From assembly GCA_030949825.1 (NCBI GenBank), contig JAUZSC010000031.1:76541-140540 (forward strand): DNA of 64,000 nt, given 5' to 3'. The position numbers and the translations under genes are program-made. Within the stretch, counting starts at the first letter, position 1; every line of letters starts with the position of its first letter. The notes under the pieces were generated by a model. The model was given only the letters and a program-made list of their open reading frames with translations, was not told the origin of the DNA and did no database searches. The stretch comes from Sulfurimonas sp. (GTDB lineage Bacteria > Campylobacterota > Campylobacteria > Campylobacterales > Sulfurimonadaceae). Below are positions 1 through 11,366 of this stretch, piece after piece.

Positions 1-77
1 AGTGCCTGAATATGTTATTTATTCTATTCAGGCACTTATGTTACAATACTCTAAGAAAAAACGAAAGAAGGATTTAT

Positions 78-377
78 ATGGATAGTGAAATTCTATACTC
101 TATTTTTGGAGTTGTTGGTTTAGTGCTTGTTGGATACCTTACACTTACTAAAACTTCCAAGCAGGTAGTGAGAACTAAAGAAGAAAAGCGTTTAGATATA
201 GTAAGCGAATATAAAAAAGGACTACAAAAATCTTTAAAATCTTATGAGATAGGTGATGAAGCTCGTAAAGCTAAAAAGATAATGGTACTTAGAGAATACA
301 GTGAAAAACTTCATAAAAATATCTTTTTTGATGATGATGAAGTTCAAAAAATTATTAACGAACTCGCGGCTGAATAA
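78..377 (+). CDS. Hypothetical small protein with N-terminal transmembrane helix
   Basis: ORF 12..377. A better start is ATG78 after the GAAGGA RBS. Hydrophobic ILYSIFGVVGLVLVGYLTL is followed by a charged domain. Confidence 0.7.
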   Translation: MDSEILYSIFGVVGLVLVGYLTLTKTSKQVVRTKEEKRLDIVSEYKKGLQKSLKSYEIGDEARKAKKIMVLREYSEKLHKNIFFDDDEVQKIINELAAE

Positions 378-379
378 AG

Positions 380-1120
380 CTATGTATTTAAAGTAATAAA
401 CTTATAGCCAATACCATAAATACTCTCGAGAGAGTTTTCTGGTAATTTTTTGCGTAACTTAGAAACAAGTTTTCTTATATTTAAAACTTCCATGCTTTCT
501 CCACGAGAGGCATAGTGTGAAACTATATCTTCATTTGTATATATTTTTCCAAAAGATGAAATAAGTAACTCAATAAATATAATTTCATATTTTGTTAGAT
601 ATATACTCTCGCCTGCATTTACAAGAGACTTTGTATCTAAACTGTAGATAATATCTTTGCTAAGTATTATTTCTTTATTTTGAATCTTATAAATATTTTC
701 ACCATTAAGTTTTTTAGCAGCTTCTAAAAAAGACTTTAAAAGTTCTTGGGAGTCAAGCGGTTTTTTTATAAATTGCTCGATCCCAATGTTAATAAGTTCA
801 AGCAAGTACTTTGATTCATCAAAGGCTGATATGATAATAACACATTGAAGAGGATTTTCCTTGTAGATGGCTTTTGTTAAGTCTATACCATTCATTAAAG
901 GCATCTCAATATCTGATAAAACAATATCGTAATGTTTATCGGTATCTTTTTTGTAGCTTAGATATTCACTCAGTGCTTCTTGACCATTTTCACAGCTTTT
1001 TACTGTTTTAAAGAGACTCTGAAGTATACTCATAGTTGTATCTCGTAGTTCCTTATGGTCTTCGACTAAGAGAATTGAGAGCTCTTTCGTATATTTTTTA
1101 ATTTTATTTATATTTAGCAT
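380..1120 (-). CDS. OmpR-family two-component response regulator
   Basis: Receiver motifs LLVED, VLSDIEMP, ISAF and FIKKP; winged-helix C-terminus LRKKL...IYGIGYKF. Confidence 0.9.
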   Translation of the reverse strand: MLNINKIKKYTKELSILLVEDHKELRDTTMSILQSLFKTVKSCENGQEALSEYLSYKKDTDKHYDIVLSDIEMPLMNGIDLTKAIYKENPLQCVIIISAFDESKYLLELINIGIEQFIKKPLDSQELLKSFLEAAKKLNGENIYKIQNKEIILSKDIIYSLDTKSLVNAGESIYLTKYEIIFIELLISSFGKIYTNEDIVSHYASRGESMEVLNIRKLVSKLRKKLPENSLESIYGIGYKFITLNT

Positions 1121-1240
1121 TTTCTTACTTTTAAGTTATTTTATAAGCAAAGTATACACGGAAGTTATTATTAATTCAATTAAAGTTGATACAATACTGC
1201 TATAAGTTAATAAATTTTAATAAAGAGAGAAGTCCCTACT

Positions 1241-1441
1241 ATGAATATAATTATAAATGGAGAATCAAAAGATTTTTCCAATGGAATAACTGTACTGCAT
1301 TTACTTCAAGAATTATCACTTGAAGGAAAGGTTATGGCTGCTGCTGTAAATATGGATATCGTTAAACAAGATAGTTGGAATACGCATGTTTTACAAGATG
1401 GAGATAAGTTAGAATTACTTGATTTTGTTGGTGGTGGCTAA
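1241..1441 (+). CDS. thiS: Sulfur carrier protein ThiS
   Basis: 66 aa, IIING start, AVN motif, C-terminal FVGGG. Confidence 0.9.
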   Translation: MNIIINGESKDFSNGITVLHLLQELSLEGKVMAAAVNMDIVKQDSWNTHVLQDGDKLELLDFVGGG

Positions 1442-1788
1442 GAGAATTCTATAGTAGCAACAGCAATAGCGTACTCTCCATCATGAGTAATAGAAATACC
1501 TGTACTTTGTATCGTGTAGTTGTCTGTAATATTTTTTTCTAAGCGAAGATAAGGAGCACCCTTGTCCGTTTTGCAAATGACAATGTCATGAAAATTACAT
1601 TCTTTGCCAATACCTGTACCTAAAGCCTTACTAAAGGCTTCTTTAACAGCCCAAAATCCAGCCGCAGTTTTGTAGTTTTTAACAAGTGATATTTCAATTG
1701 GAGATAAAAATCTGAGAAGGGCTTTCTCGCCAAATCGTTGCATTAAACGATCCATGCGAGAAGTTTTTATGAGGTCGATACCAATCAT
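1438..1788 (-). CDS. acpS: Holo-ACP synthase
   Basis: IGIDL, AGFWAVKEAFSKALGTG and SITHD motifs. Confidence 0.95.
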   Translation of the reverse strand: MIGIDLIKTSRMDRLMQRFGEKALLRFLSPIEISLVKNYKTAAGFWAVKEAFSKALGTGIGKECNFHDIVICKTDKGAPYLRLEKNITDNYTIQSTGISITHDGEYAIAVATIEFS

Positions 1789-2344
1789 TTACTGAATAAC
1801 AAATTCTGTAAAGTAGATACCTCTTACTTCTCCATCTGAAATCATAGAGTTTAATGTATCCATAACTTGCATAGAAATTTTACTTTTACCTTTTTTTGAA
1901 GATATTTCTTCAAGTGTTTTAGAAGACAAGATTCGAATGATTCTATCTCTTAAAACAGGTGTCTTTGCGTCAAGTTCCATACTTAACTCTTCACCCTCAA
2001 GCTCTAGTGAGATTGTTGCTTTTAAGTATCTGCGTCCAGCATCACTTTTTAAATTTACTGTAAAAGTATCTAGTGGGTATAATATACCTATTTCACTTAA
2101 CTGTCTTGTGTCTTCCATCATTGATGCACTTGAACTTCGTCTTGGTTTAGAAGACTTTTTTTGTACTTTTTCAACGGTTTCATTTTGGGTAGCATCTTCT
2201 TCATCTCCACCCATTAAAAGAGCAACTACTGCTCCAACGAGGATAAGTAGAATAAGGACAACTATTATAATAATCAAGAGCATATTACTAGATTTTTTTT
2301 TCTGTAGGTGCTTCTGTTTCTTCTTTGTTTTCTTCTTCAGCCAT
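1789..2344 (-). CDS. fliL: Flagellar basal body-associated protein FliL (one extra base in the A-run at 2293-2301)
   Basis: TM helix then FTVNL..RRYLK and LRDRIIRILSSKT...YFTEFVIQ. True start MAEEENKE at 2344 is in frame if the A9 run is A8. Confidence 0.9.
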
Positions 2345-2366
2345 TTTTATTTTCCTTGATTATTTT

Positions 2367-2627
2367 TTATATACATTCTTTAATTTCTAGAGCTTTCATA
2401 ATTTCGTCAAATACTTTTCCGACTTCTCTGTAGTCTTCATCCTGGTATTCGACTACAAGTACTTCTCTATTATTTAAAATCTGTGAAGTATGTGTATCTG
2501 CTTTCATTGATTGTTTTGCAATAATACGATTCATACAACTGTGAACTTTTTCTTTTTCTTCATTTCCTTCATATGCTACTGAGAGTCTTATATATCTTTC
2601 TTCACTTTTAAATTCTACATCAATCAT
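2367..2627 (-). CDS. Hypothetical protein (86 aa)
   Basis: ORF with AAAGG RBS, co-oriented upstream of fliL. Confidence 0.65.
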   Translation of the reverse strand: MIDVEFKSEERYIRLSVAYEGNEEKEKVHSCMNRIIAKQSMKADTHTSQILNNREVLVVEYQDEDYREVGKVFDEIMKALEIKECI

Positions 2628-2699
2628 TCTTTACCTTTATATTATCTTATATAAAAGTATACAATTTTTTTTCCAATTTGAAGTTGTTTTTTGAATATA

Positions 2700-4053
2700 T
2701 TAGTACCATTCTAGTAGTTTGCTCACTTCATCAACGATAAAAGTTTTCATACTTGTTTTTTGAAGTGGTTTTTTTTGCTAAAAGTACCTTAGATATATTT
2801 TGCATCTGGGCTTCTTTTATTCGTGCATCTACTGCATATACTTCTCTTACATCACCAACAAGAGAGACCTCACCAATAAATATGGTCTCTTTAGAAATAG
2901 CTCGATCTCTAAAACTACTTATGATGGCAGCAAGAATTGCTAAATCTGCCGCTGTTTCTGTGATTTTTATACCACCTGTTATATTTATAAACACATCGTA
3001 GCCAGAGAGTGGAATCTCAAGTTTTCTCTCTAAAAGTGCGAGAAGCATATTTAAACGATTGTTATCAAAACCTGTTGCTTGGCGTTTAGAGTTGGGGGTA
3101 TGCGATTCAGATACAAGGGCTTGAACTTCAAGAATAATAGGACGAGAACCTTCCATTATAACCGTAAGTGCAGAACCTGCTTGCTCAGAATCACGGTTAA
3201 AAAATCGTGATGAAATATCTGTAGCAGAAATAAGTCCCTCTTGACGCATCTCAAAAACTCCAATCTCACTTGTTGCCCCAAAACGATTTTTAAAGCCTCT
3301 TAAAATTCTAAGTTCTTGAGAACTGTCACCCTCAAAGTATAAAACAGTATCAACCATATGTTCGAGTACGCGTGGACCTGCGATAGAACCTTCTTTAGTT
3401 ATATGACCGATAATAAATATTGCAATATCTTTTTCTTTTGCTATTCGCATAAGCTCAAAGGTTACTTGGCGAACTTGCGTAACTGAGCCAGGTGCAGAAG
3501 TTATGCCCTCAGAATAAATTGTTTGAATGGAATCTATAATGATAAATTCATAATTTCTATCATCAAGTTCTACTAAAATTTGTTCTAATCTAATTTCACT
3601 GAGTAAGTATAAAGAGTCTTGATTTGAGTTTAATCTATTTGCTCGGAGTTTTATCTGTCCAGCTGATTCTTCACCTGTTACATAAAGGACATTTTTTCCA
3701 GTTGAAGCGATATTTGAGCCTACTTTTAAAAGCAAGGTAGATTTCCCAACACCAGGACTTCCACCTATAAGTGTAAGAGAACCAGGTACGATTCCTCCAC
3801 CAAGTACTCCATCGAGTTCTTTGTCTAGAGATGAGTACCTATATACTTCACTTTCTTCTATGTCATTGATACTTACTGCTTTTGCTTTAGATCCGGCAGA
3901 AGATGTAGACTTCGTTTGCTTAACAACTTCTTGCTGATGCTCGTTGAGTTCTATAAAAGAATCCCATGAAGCACAGTTTGTACATTTACCCATCCATTTT
4001 GGTGTTGTTAAACCACAGTGTTGACACTCAAAAAGTATTTTTTTCTTAGCCAT
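2700..4053 (-). CDS. radA: DNA repair protein RadA/Sms (C-terminal homopolymer frameshift near 2770)
   Basis: CxxC...CxxC zinc finger, GSPGVGKST Walker A, KNRFG motif. Corrected tail ...VDEVSKLLEWY* ends at 2700. Confidence 0.95.
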
Positions 4054-5424
4054 ATTTACTACCTTAGATATATAATAGTTTTATTTTACTATACTTTAAA
4101 TCATAAGAACAATTATATGACAAAATGCTATATAATTTTTATTTTTATGCACTCACTACGATATTTTCAAAAAAATCATGTGTTTTAAAGCCAATTGCAT
4201 TAGGAGGATAGTTGGGAACTAATTGGGTGAAGTTCATTTTTTTTGCTAAAAAGTGTAAGTCGTCATCGATTCCATAAAGTATTGCATACCTCTCTAAAGT
4301 TTCTCTCATATTTGTATGACTAGGGTCGCTTTGCATTTTATTTTCTATTTCAATAAGGTAAGAAAGTTTAAAAACCATAGCAATAGAGTTGAGTAAATAA
4401 TCAATTCCTAGATGCTCTTCTAGTGTCCTCATTACCTTAGGACTTTCACCCTCATTAGCAAAAAAAGTTGCCACTTCTTTTTTCTCTTCGTAAATTTTAT
4501 GATACTCAGTGAAAATTGAAGAAAGTTCTAACTCATTAGATAAAGATATTTTTTCATATATAAGTTTTGTATTCTCGGTTAATATAAGACTTTGTAAGTC
4601 TACTTTTGATTGAATAACTTCTTTAACATCAATAACTTGTTCAGTAAAAGGTGTAAAATCCTCTAAATAAGTTGCTATTTGATTAGCCTTATCGTAGTCA
4701 CCCTCTTGTTCAAGTTTAAGAAGTTTAGAATATGTCTGATTTCCGATTTCTACAATCTTTGCATAAAGATTTTCATCTTTTAAAAAATCATTATTCTCAA
4801 CAAGGCGAAAATAGACCTTAAAGTTTCTAGCCTTAATGAGTCTTGATGAGCGTGAAAAAACTTTATAGTTTTGCATCAGGTTATTTATAAGTGATTTTTT
4901 AGAGTCTATTTTGAGATAAGGAGTTAAAATATTTTTAGCATTTTGAATATCTTGGCGACTTTCTTTTGTAAATAAGTTTTTTGCTACTTGAAATTTCTTA
5001 TTAAAATTATCTTGTATCTTCTCATAACTCTTGATTGTTTGTAGATGTTGTTTTTCATCTGCAAACTTAAAAGCAGTGATAAAACTATCTTGTTCAACTA
5101 AACTCTCGAAATGTTTAATATCAGCTATATTTACTTGAAGTGCTGCAAAAGCATCTTTTTTTCTTTTATCCCAAAGAAATGGTCGAACCATCTTTTGAGC
5201 TTTTTCTAAGTCCCTCGATGCTAAGACATCTTTTGCCATATCTAGTACCTGTTCCCATACTGTATCGTATTTTATTGCTATTTCTTTTGTCATTAAAAAT
5301 ATATTGTCTTTTATAAGTGAAGTTGCTTTTGCAAATTTATTGACTTTTAAACTTTGCTCGAATTCTGTGTAAAGAAAATTTGTGTCTATAATTTTTAATT
5401 CGCCGTTTGAATAACCTATATATA

Positions 5425-6835
5425 CATAGCTCTCTACACAAATAAAAGGCTCAAAAATTGCTAGGATTAACTAAAAAGTAGAGTATATGGAACTTCGTTT
5501 AAAAAAAGATTTGATGTAATGGTAAAGAGTGCTATAAATGCTCAACAGAGAGCTACAAATGGATTAAAGATACTGCTTGGTACTCCACCGATGACTCAAG
5601 TTCAAGCCAATTGGAGATTTTTAAATAATCCAAATGCAACAATAAAGGAACTCCACAAACCTCTGCAAAAGCATTTAGAACAAGAGATTGTTTCTCAATG
5701 TGACAAATATGTTTTAGCCTTAGAAGATTGGTCTCATTTAGATTATAAAAACCATAGTTCTAAAAAAGAACTCAAATCAGAAAACCGAAAAGATACATGT
5801 ATGAAAATAGGCTATGACTATCAAGGAGCGATAGCTGCAAGTGATAGAACTGGCGAGCCTATAGGAGTATTAGACCATAACCTTAAAACAGCAGATAATG
5901 TTTACTCAACATATGATGATAAGATAGATATGAATCTAACTCATTTAGGAGAACTAAGAGTTAGAGCAAAACATATGTGCGACACGATAAATACAGACAA
6001 AAAAATCATTCATATAGTTGATAGGGAATCAGATAGCATAGCCTTTATGCGAGGCTTAGATGAAGATAAGCAACTCTTTTTATTGAGAGGTAAGAAGAAT
6101 TCTACAGTTAATTATTATGATGAAAAGAGTAAACAAACGATAAGTATTAAACAGTCAGAATTAGCTGATAAGCTAGCATTTGGTAAAGAGGTTAAAAAAA
6201 TAGTTTACAAAAAGAAGAAAGTAACTATATTCGCAAATGAGTGCAATATAACAATCTCAAGAGATGCTACAAAAATGATAGCAGGTAAAAATGGAAAAAG
6301 GAAACTTCAAAGAACTAAAGGAAAAACTCTAAAATTAAGATTTATAGTTGAGAGATTAGTCAATGATAAAAATGAAGTTGTAGCAGAGTGGTTACTTGTT
6401 TCTAATCTCTTTGATGAAGAGATAGATGCAAAAACATTAGCGCAGTGGTATTATTACAGATGGAAAATAGAAAGCTATTTTAAACTACTCAAATCCTCAG
6501 GGTTTAATTTAGAAGAGTGGCAACAAAAGGAGCCACTAGCCCTATTTAAAAGGCTTCTTATCATTTCTAATGCCTGTATTCTTATTTGGAAAATTGCAAA
6601 TGATAACAGTGATAATACAAAGGCAATACGAGATTTTTTAATATCATTAAGTGGTAAACAGATTCAAAGAGGTGTTGATTTCACATATCCAGCTTTACTT
6701 AGTGGATTAGAAAGTTATTTAGCAACATTAGACTTATTACGGCAATTTAGTGTTGAGGATATTTTTAAAATGAGAGATGAATTAGTTGAAATTATTGGGA
6801 TTGAGATTTAGATGATAGTTGTGTAGAGAGGTATG
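5425..6835 (+). mobile_element. IS4-family insertion sequence (1411 bp)
   Basis: 17-bp terminal inverted repeats CATA(G/C)CTCTCTACACAA with one mismatch. 8-bp direct repeat TATATATA at 5417-5424 and 6836-6843. Encodes a DDE transposase. Confidence 0.93.
5487..6811 (+). CDS. IS4-family (IS50/Tn5-like) DDE transposase
   Basis: EDWSHLDY (D), IVDRESD (D) and YYYRWKIESYFKLLK (YREK) motifs. The long ORF starts at 5519; the probable N-terminus MELRLKK from ATG5487 joins through a -1 shift in an A7 run. Confidence 0.9.
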
Positions 6836-7687
6836 TATATATAATATTTCTTCGTGAATTTTTAATGTTTTAACACCATAATTATCTACTTTAAACCTTC
6901 GAGTAAGAGAAAGGTCATTCAGATGAAATATATAGAGTATATCTCCCTTAGTTCCAACAAGTATATGATTCCTCCCAATTTTAACAATAGAAGTCGGCCA
7001 TTCGCCTAGAATAATATTTGCATATATCAAGCTGTTATCAAGTAAGGAGTATGAAAAAACCTTTCTATCTCGAGTGATTCCTAAGATGTAGTCATCATCA
7101 TCAGAAAATAAAACATCTTCAGGAGTATCACTTAAGTCTACATCTGCAATAACTGTATGTTTATGTATATTATGAACTTTAAGAGCCTTATCATAGGCAC
7201 CTATACAAACGAGTTTATTTGAATGTGAAAAAGCGGCACTACTGATAAAGTCAGATCTTGCATCAAGACTAAAACAGGATCTATGATTTTGAATATCAAA
7301 AAAACATGTTCTCCCATCTTCTCCACCAATAAGCAAGAGTTTAGAATCATTTGAAAATTTAGCAAAGGAAATATCTCTACGATGAAGTTCTATTTTTAGA
7401 CTCTGTTTAATCTTGTCTTGCTCAATTGTAAAGATAGAACCTATTGCACTGTTTGTCTTTGAATGATAAAAATCAAGGTTTTTAGAAATTGCTACAGTGT
7501 TTTCATAGATATGTTTATCTTGCTCAGCATCTAGTAAAAAGTATTTTTCAATAAGCGTGTATGTTTCATTTGAGTAGATAAGTAAGATGAATTTATTGTC
7601 GAGTATATATATCTTGTCATCTACAACTTCGAGTCTTAAAATTGAACCGGGTAATTTTTAAATTTTTCAACTCATGAAGCATCTGAT

Positions 7688-8576
7688 TCAACTACTTGTA
7701 TTTTCTTCTGTAAAGAGTGCATCCAAGTAAGCCATCAACAAATTCATATTTATCAAATTTAACTAAGTCTTCAGGTTGTTCACCTGTTCCTATAAAAAGT
7801 ATAGGAAGTTCAAGTGCGTACGCAATGCTAAATACACTCCCGCCTTTAGCAGTTCCATCAAGTTTTGTAATTATAATCCCATCTATGCCTATCATTTCAT
7901 TAAAAGCTTTTGCTTGTGCTATTGCGGAGTTACCTTGCGTTCCATCAAGAATGAGAACTGTTCTGTGAGGTGCTCCATTATGTGCTTTATTGCAGATTTT
8001 ATTTATTTTTATAAGCTCATTGGCTAGATTTTTTTGAGTGTGAAGTCTTCCTGCTGTATCGATAATAACATGATCAAAACCTTTGGACTTTGCAGAATCA
8101 ATAGTGTCATATGCAACGGCTGAACTATCATGCCCTTGTTTGGAAGAGACGATGGGAATATCAAGTTTTTTAGACCAAAGAGTAAGTTGTTCAATAGCTG
8201 CTGCACGGAATGTATCTCCAGCCCCAAGAATAACTTTTTTACCGTCATTTTTATACTTTTGCGCGAGTTTAGAAATTGTAGTAGTTTTACCAGCTCCATT
8301 AACTCCGACAATAAGTTCAACAAAAGGGGCTGTAAATTCTGGCTCTTTATATGAAGTATATGCAAGTGTAGCCAAAAGTTTTGAGCGTAAAATTTCTCGT
8401 GTAATTTTATCTTGGTAGGTTTGCTCAATAATAATTTCAACTAAGTCATATTCAACATCAGCTTCAAGTAAAATACCTTCAAGTTCATCTTTCGTAAAAT
8501 AGGGCTTTTTCTTTGGTGCAACTTTTTTTATTGCATCAACAGTTTTAGCAAGAGATTTTTTTATAAAACCAAACAT
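7688..8576 (-). CDS. ftsY: Signal recognition particle receptor FtsY (indel in the last codons)
   Basis: [22 protein letters not shown] and [10 protein letters not shown] motifs. Confidence 0.96.
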
Positions 8577-9145
8577 TATTTTCCCAATGCTCTTTTTATA
8601 TCACTCTCAACGAATTCTTCTTGCACTTCACCTACATAATGCGTTATAAGTTTACCATCTTTATACATTGCCATAAGTGGAATTGGGAATCTATCACCGA
8701 CTTCTAAGGCATTTGCAATTGCATTAACTAAAGGTCGGTTTGCACTTGAGTTAACGATTGTGTACTCCCCGTTGTATTGAACTTTAAAATGATCGAGTTT
8801 ATCATTAGAAATGTCATCCTCTATGGTGATTCCTATAATAACTAAGTCATCTTTAAACTTTTTTTGTAAAGAAGTCAGATGCGAAGCACTTGCTTGACAT
8901 GGTGGACACCATGTTGCAAAGATATCAAAGATTATCACTTTTCCTTTTGCGCCCTCGAGTACAAAACCATCAAGTTCTTTTTTAACAATGAATTGTTTAT
9001 TATCAGTTGAAGTAAGTACATATTCATTTGTTGAAATCATTGCATTAGCTTTAGAATTGTTTTCATCACTTTCTTTTTTTTCTGAACAAGCTTGAAATAC
9101 AAGGGATGCACTTAAAAGTGCAATAAAAATCGATTTTTTTATCAT
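8576..9145 (-). CDS. TlpA/ResA-like thiol-disulfide oxidoreductase lipoprotein
   Basis: Lipobox FQAC; FATWCPPC active site. Confidence 0.88.
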   Translation of the reverse strand: MIKKSIFIALLSASLVFQACSEKKESDENNSKANAMISTNEYVLTSTDNKQFIVKKELDGFVLEGAKGKVIIFDIFATWCPPCQASASHLTSLQKKFKDDLVIIGITIEDDISNDKLDHFKVQYNGEYTIVNSSANRPLVNAIANALEVGDRFPIPLMAMYKDGKLITHYVGEVQEEFVESDIKRALGK

Positions 9146-9209
9146 AGAGATACCTTTTTTTTGTTTATTTGAGTAAAATATAAGAAATTATATCAATAAA
9201 AGATTAAAT

Positions 9210-9768
9210 ATGATTCTAAGTAAAGAACTTTTTAGAAAAACTTGTCTACAAAAGATGAAAGCACTTCCAAAACATAATAAAATATACCGTGATTCTCTTG
9301 TAAATAAAGATTTATTTCAGGCACTTAAAAAATTCAAAAATAAAAGTATATTATTTTATTATCCACTTAAATTTGAAGTAGATATATCTAAAGTACTTAT
9401 AACTATGAGAAGAAAAACAAATGTATATATTCCGTTTATGGAAGGTGAAAGTTTTAAAATGGTAAACTATAGACTACCGCTGCGTAAGAAAAAATTTGAT
9501 ATTTTTGAAGCGGGAAACTCAATTAAAAAAATAAATAAGATAGATGTAGCTATAGTTCCTTCTTTAGGGGTGGACATAAATTTACAAAGAATAGGTTTTG
9601 GAAAAGGGATGTATGATCGTTTCTTTGCAAAATTAAAAAAGAAACCGTACACGATTTTTATACAAGCCAATAAGTGTTATACACAAAAAAAAGATTTGTG
9701 ATTCTTATGATATTTCGTGTGATTTACTTATTGCACCGAGAAAAAACATAGTTAAAAGATCGTCTTAA
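9210..9768 (+). CDS. 5-formyltetrahydrofolate cyclo-ligase (C-terminal homopolymer frameshift near 9690)
   Basis: RIGFGKGMYDRF motif; the shifted tail CDSYDISCDLLI ends at 9768. Confidence 0.9.
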
Positions 9769-9782
9769 ATACAGGAAAAAAA

Positions 9783-11352
9783 ATGTTTAATGAAATACTA
9801 ATAGGTGGCTCAATTGCTACAATTAGTGGTGTCGTTGGATTCTTTATTTCGAAAAAATTAATAATTTCAAGTTTTGATATTTATACTGATCAGGCAAAAG
9901 CAAAAGCCAGTGCTATTGAAAATGAGGCACGAACACTTTTAGAAAAATCATCCACAAAAGCTCAAGAAATTGAAGCTGAGGCGATGAAAAATTATGAAAG
10001 TGCAAAAGAACGCGCCAAAGAAGATTTACATCAGCGTGAAAACAGTGTAATGCAAAAAGAAGCTAGTTTTAAAAAGTATAAAAACATTGAAGAGCAGAAA
10101 ATTTCTTCAGAAAATATTTTACTTAAATCTAGAAAAATTGATTTAAAAAGAAATGAAACATCACTCGAATCACTTAAGAAAAAAATATGAAGACAAGATA
10201 GATGAAGCGCTTCATAATATAGAAAACTGTTCAGGAATGACCAAAGAAGAAGCAAAAAATGTTTTACTTGAAAAGGTAGAAGAAAAATCGCGTGCTGAAA
10301 TTTCTCATATCGTTAGAAAATATGAAGAAGAAGCTAAGCAAGAAGGAAAATCTCGAGCAAATTATATTTTAGCACAGGCTACGAGTAGATTTGCTGGAGA
10401 GTTCGCACATGAGAGACTAACGAACTTAGTTCATTTAGATAATGATGAATTAAAGGGACGAATCATAGGAAAAGAAGGGCGAAATATTAAGGCTCTTGAG
10501 TCGCTTTTAGGTGTTGATATTATTATTGATGATACCCCTAATGCAATTTTAGTAAGCAGTTTTAACTTATATCGTCGTGCTATTGCTACAAAAACTTTGC
10601 AACTTCTTATAGAAGATGGACGCATCCAACCTGCAAGAATAGAAGAAATCTTTCAAAAAGTCTCAGATGAATTTGAAGCTGGAATTTTAGCTGAGGGCGA
10701 AGAGTTAATCGCAGATATGAACATAGGTGTTATGCATCCAGAATTAACACGACTTATAGGACGACTTCGTTACCGTGCTAGTTATGGACAAAATGCTTTA
10801 GCGCATACACTTGAAGTTGCACATCTAGCGGGAATCATGGCAGCAGAAATGGGCGGCAATCTGATTCTTGCAAAAAGAGCAGGTTTACTACATGATATTG
10901 GGAAAGCTCTGACACATGATCATGATGGTAACCATGTTGATTTAGGTGCAGAGATTTGTAGACGCTATAATGAAGATACGGTTGTAATAAATGCAATCTA
11001 TGCACATCATGGACAACAAGAGATAGAGTCTATCGAATGTGGTGCTGTTTGTGCAGCAGATGCACTCTCAGCTGCAAGACCAGGAGCAAGACGCGAAGTC
11101 TTAGAGAGTTTTTTAAAGCGTGTAACAGAAATAGAAGAGATAGCATCGAGACACTTAGGCGTAAAACAAGCTTATGCAATTAATGCAGGACGCGAGGTTC
11201 GAGTGATTGTAAATGCAACACTTGTCAATGATGATGAATCTATTTTAATGGCAAAAGAAATTGCTGGAGAAATTGAAGAAAAAGTTCAGTATCCTGGTGA
11301 TGTTAGAGTAAGTGTTATTCGAGAGAGTAGGGCTGTTGAGTATGCTAAGTAG
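9783..11352 (+). CDS. rny: Ribonuclease Y (split by an A-run frameshift near 10180)
   Basis: N-terminal TM plus coiled coil (9783..10190), KH domain GRIIGKEGRNI, HD domain LLHDIGK, SAARPGAR. Confidence 0.95.
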
Positions 11353-11366
11353 ATAAATCTACTTAG
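11345..11366. terminator. Palindrome between convergent rny and CDF genes, probable bidirectional terminator
   Basis: CTAAGTAGAT-aa-ATCTACTTAG, perfect 10-bp arms spanning both stop codons. Confidence 0.5.

Larger units (their letters stand above)
4145..7682 (-). pseudogene. WD40 beta-propeller plus helical-repeat protein (~705 aa when reconstructed), interrupted by an IS4-family element
   Basis: 5' part (start ATG7682, one indel near 7655) has WD40-like blades (FAKFSNDSKLLLIGGEDGRTCFFD; SAAFSHSNKLVCIGAYDKALKVHN). Removing 5425-6835 and one TSD copy gives ...HEEILYI|GYSNGELKIID..., in frame with ORF 4145..5293. Confidence 0.85.

Noticed and set aside
2660-2676. Sigma-54-like TTGGAA-N6-TTGT upstream of the fliL operon (minus strand)
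   Set aside because: The -12 element is GT rather than GC, the spacer is an error-prone A-run, and an overlapping TATACT -10 explains the site.
6782-7336. Stand-alone 184-aa WD40 gene overlapping the transposase
   Set aside because: It is the 5' part of the IS-interrupted gene; its last residues are read-through into the IS end.
7717-8440. Cluster of alternative-frame and antisense ORFs over ftsY (similar ones overlie the MCP, argH, aroA, serA and dsbD)
   Set aside because: Shadow ORFs of well-supported genes with no recognisable motifs or start signals.
10170-10190. Programmed frameshift or phase variation in rny (and likewise pheS, hisG, cheA)
   Set aside because: The same single-base homopolymer pattern recurs in many unrelated and essential genes, so sequencing error is more parsimonious.
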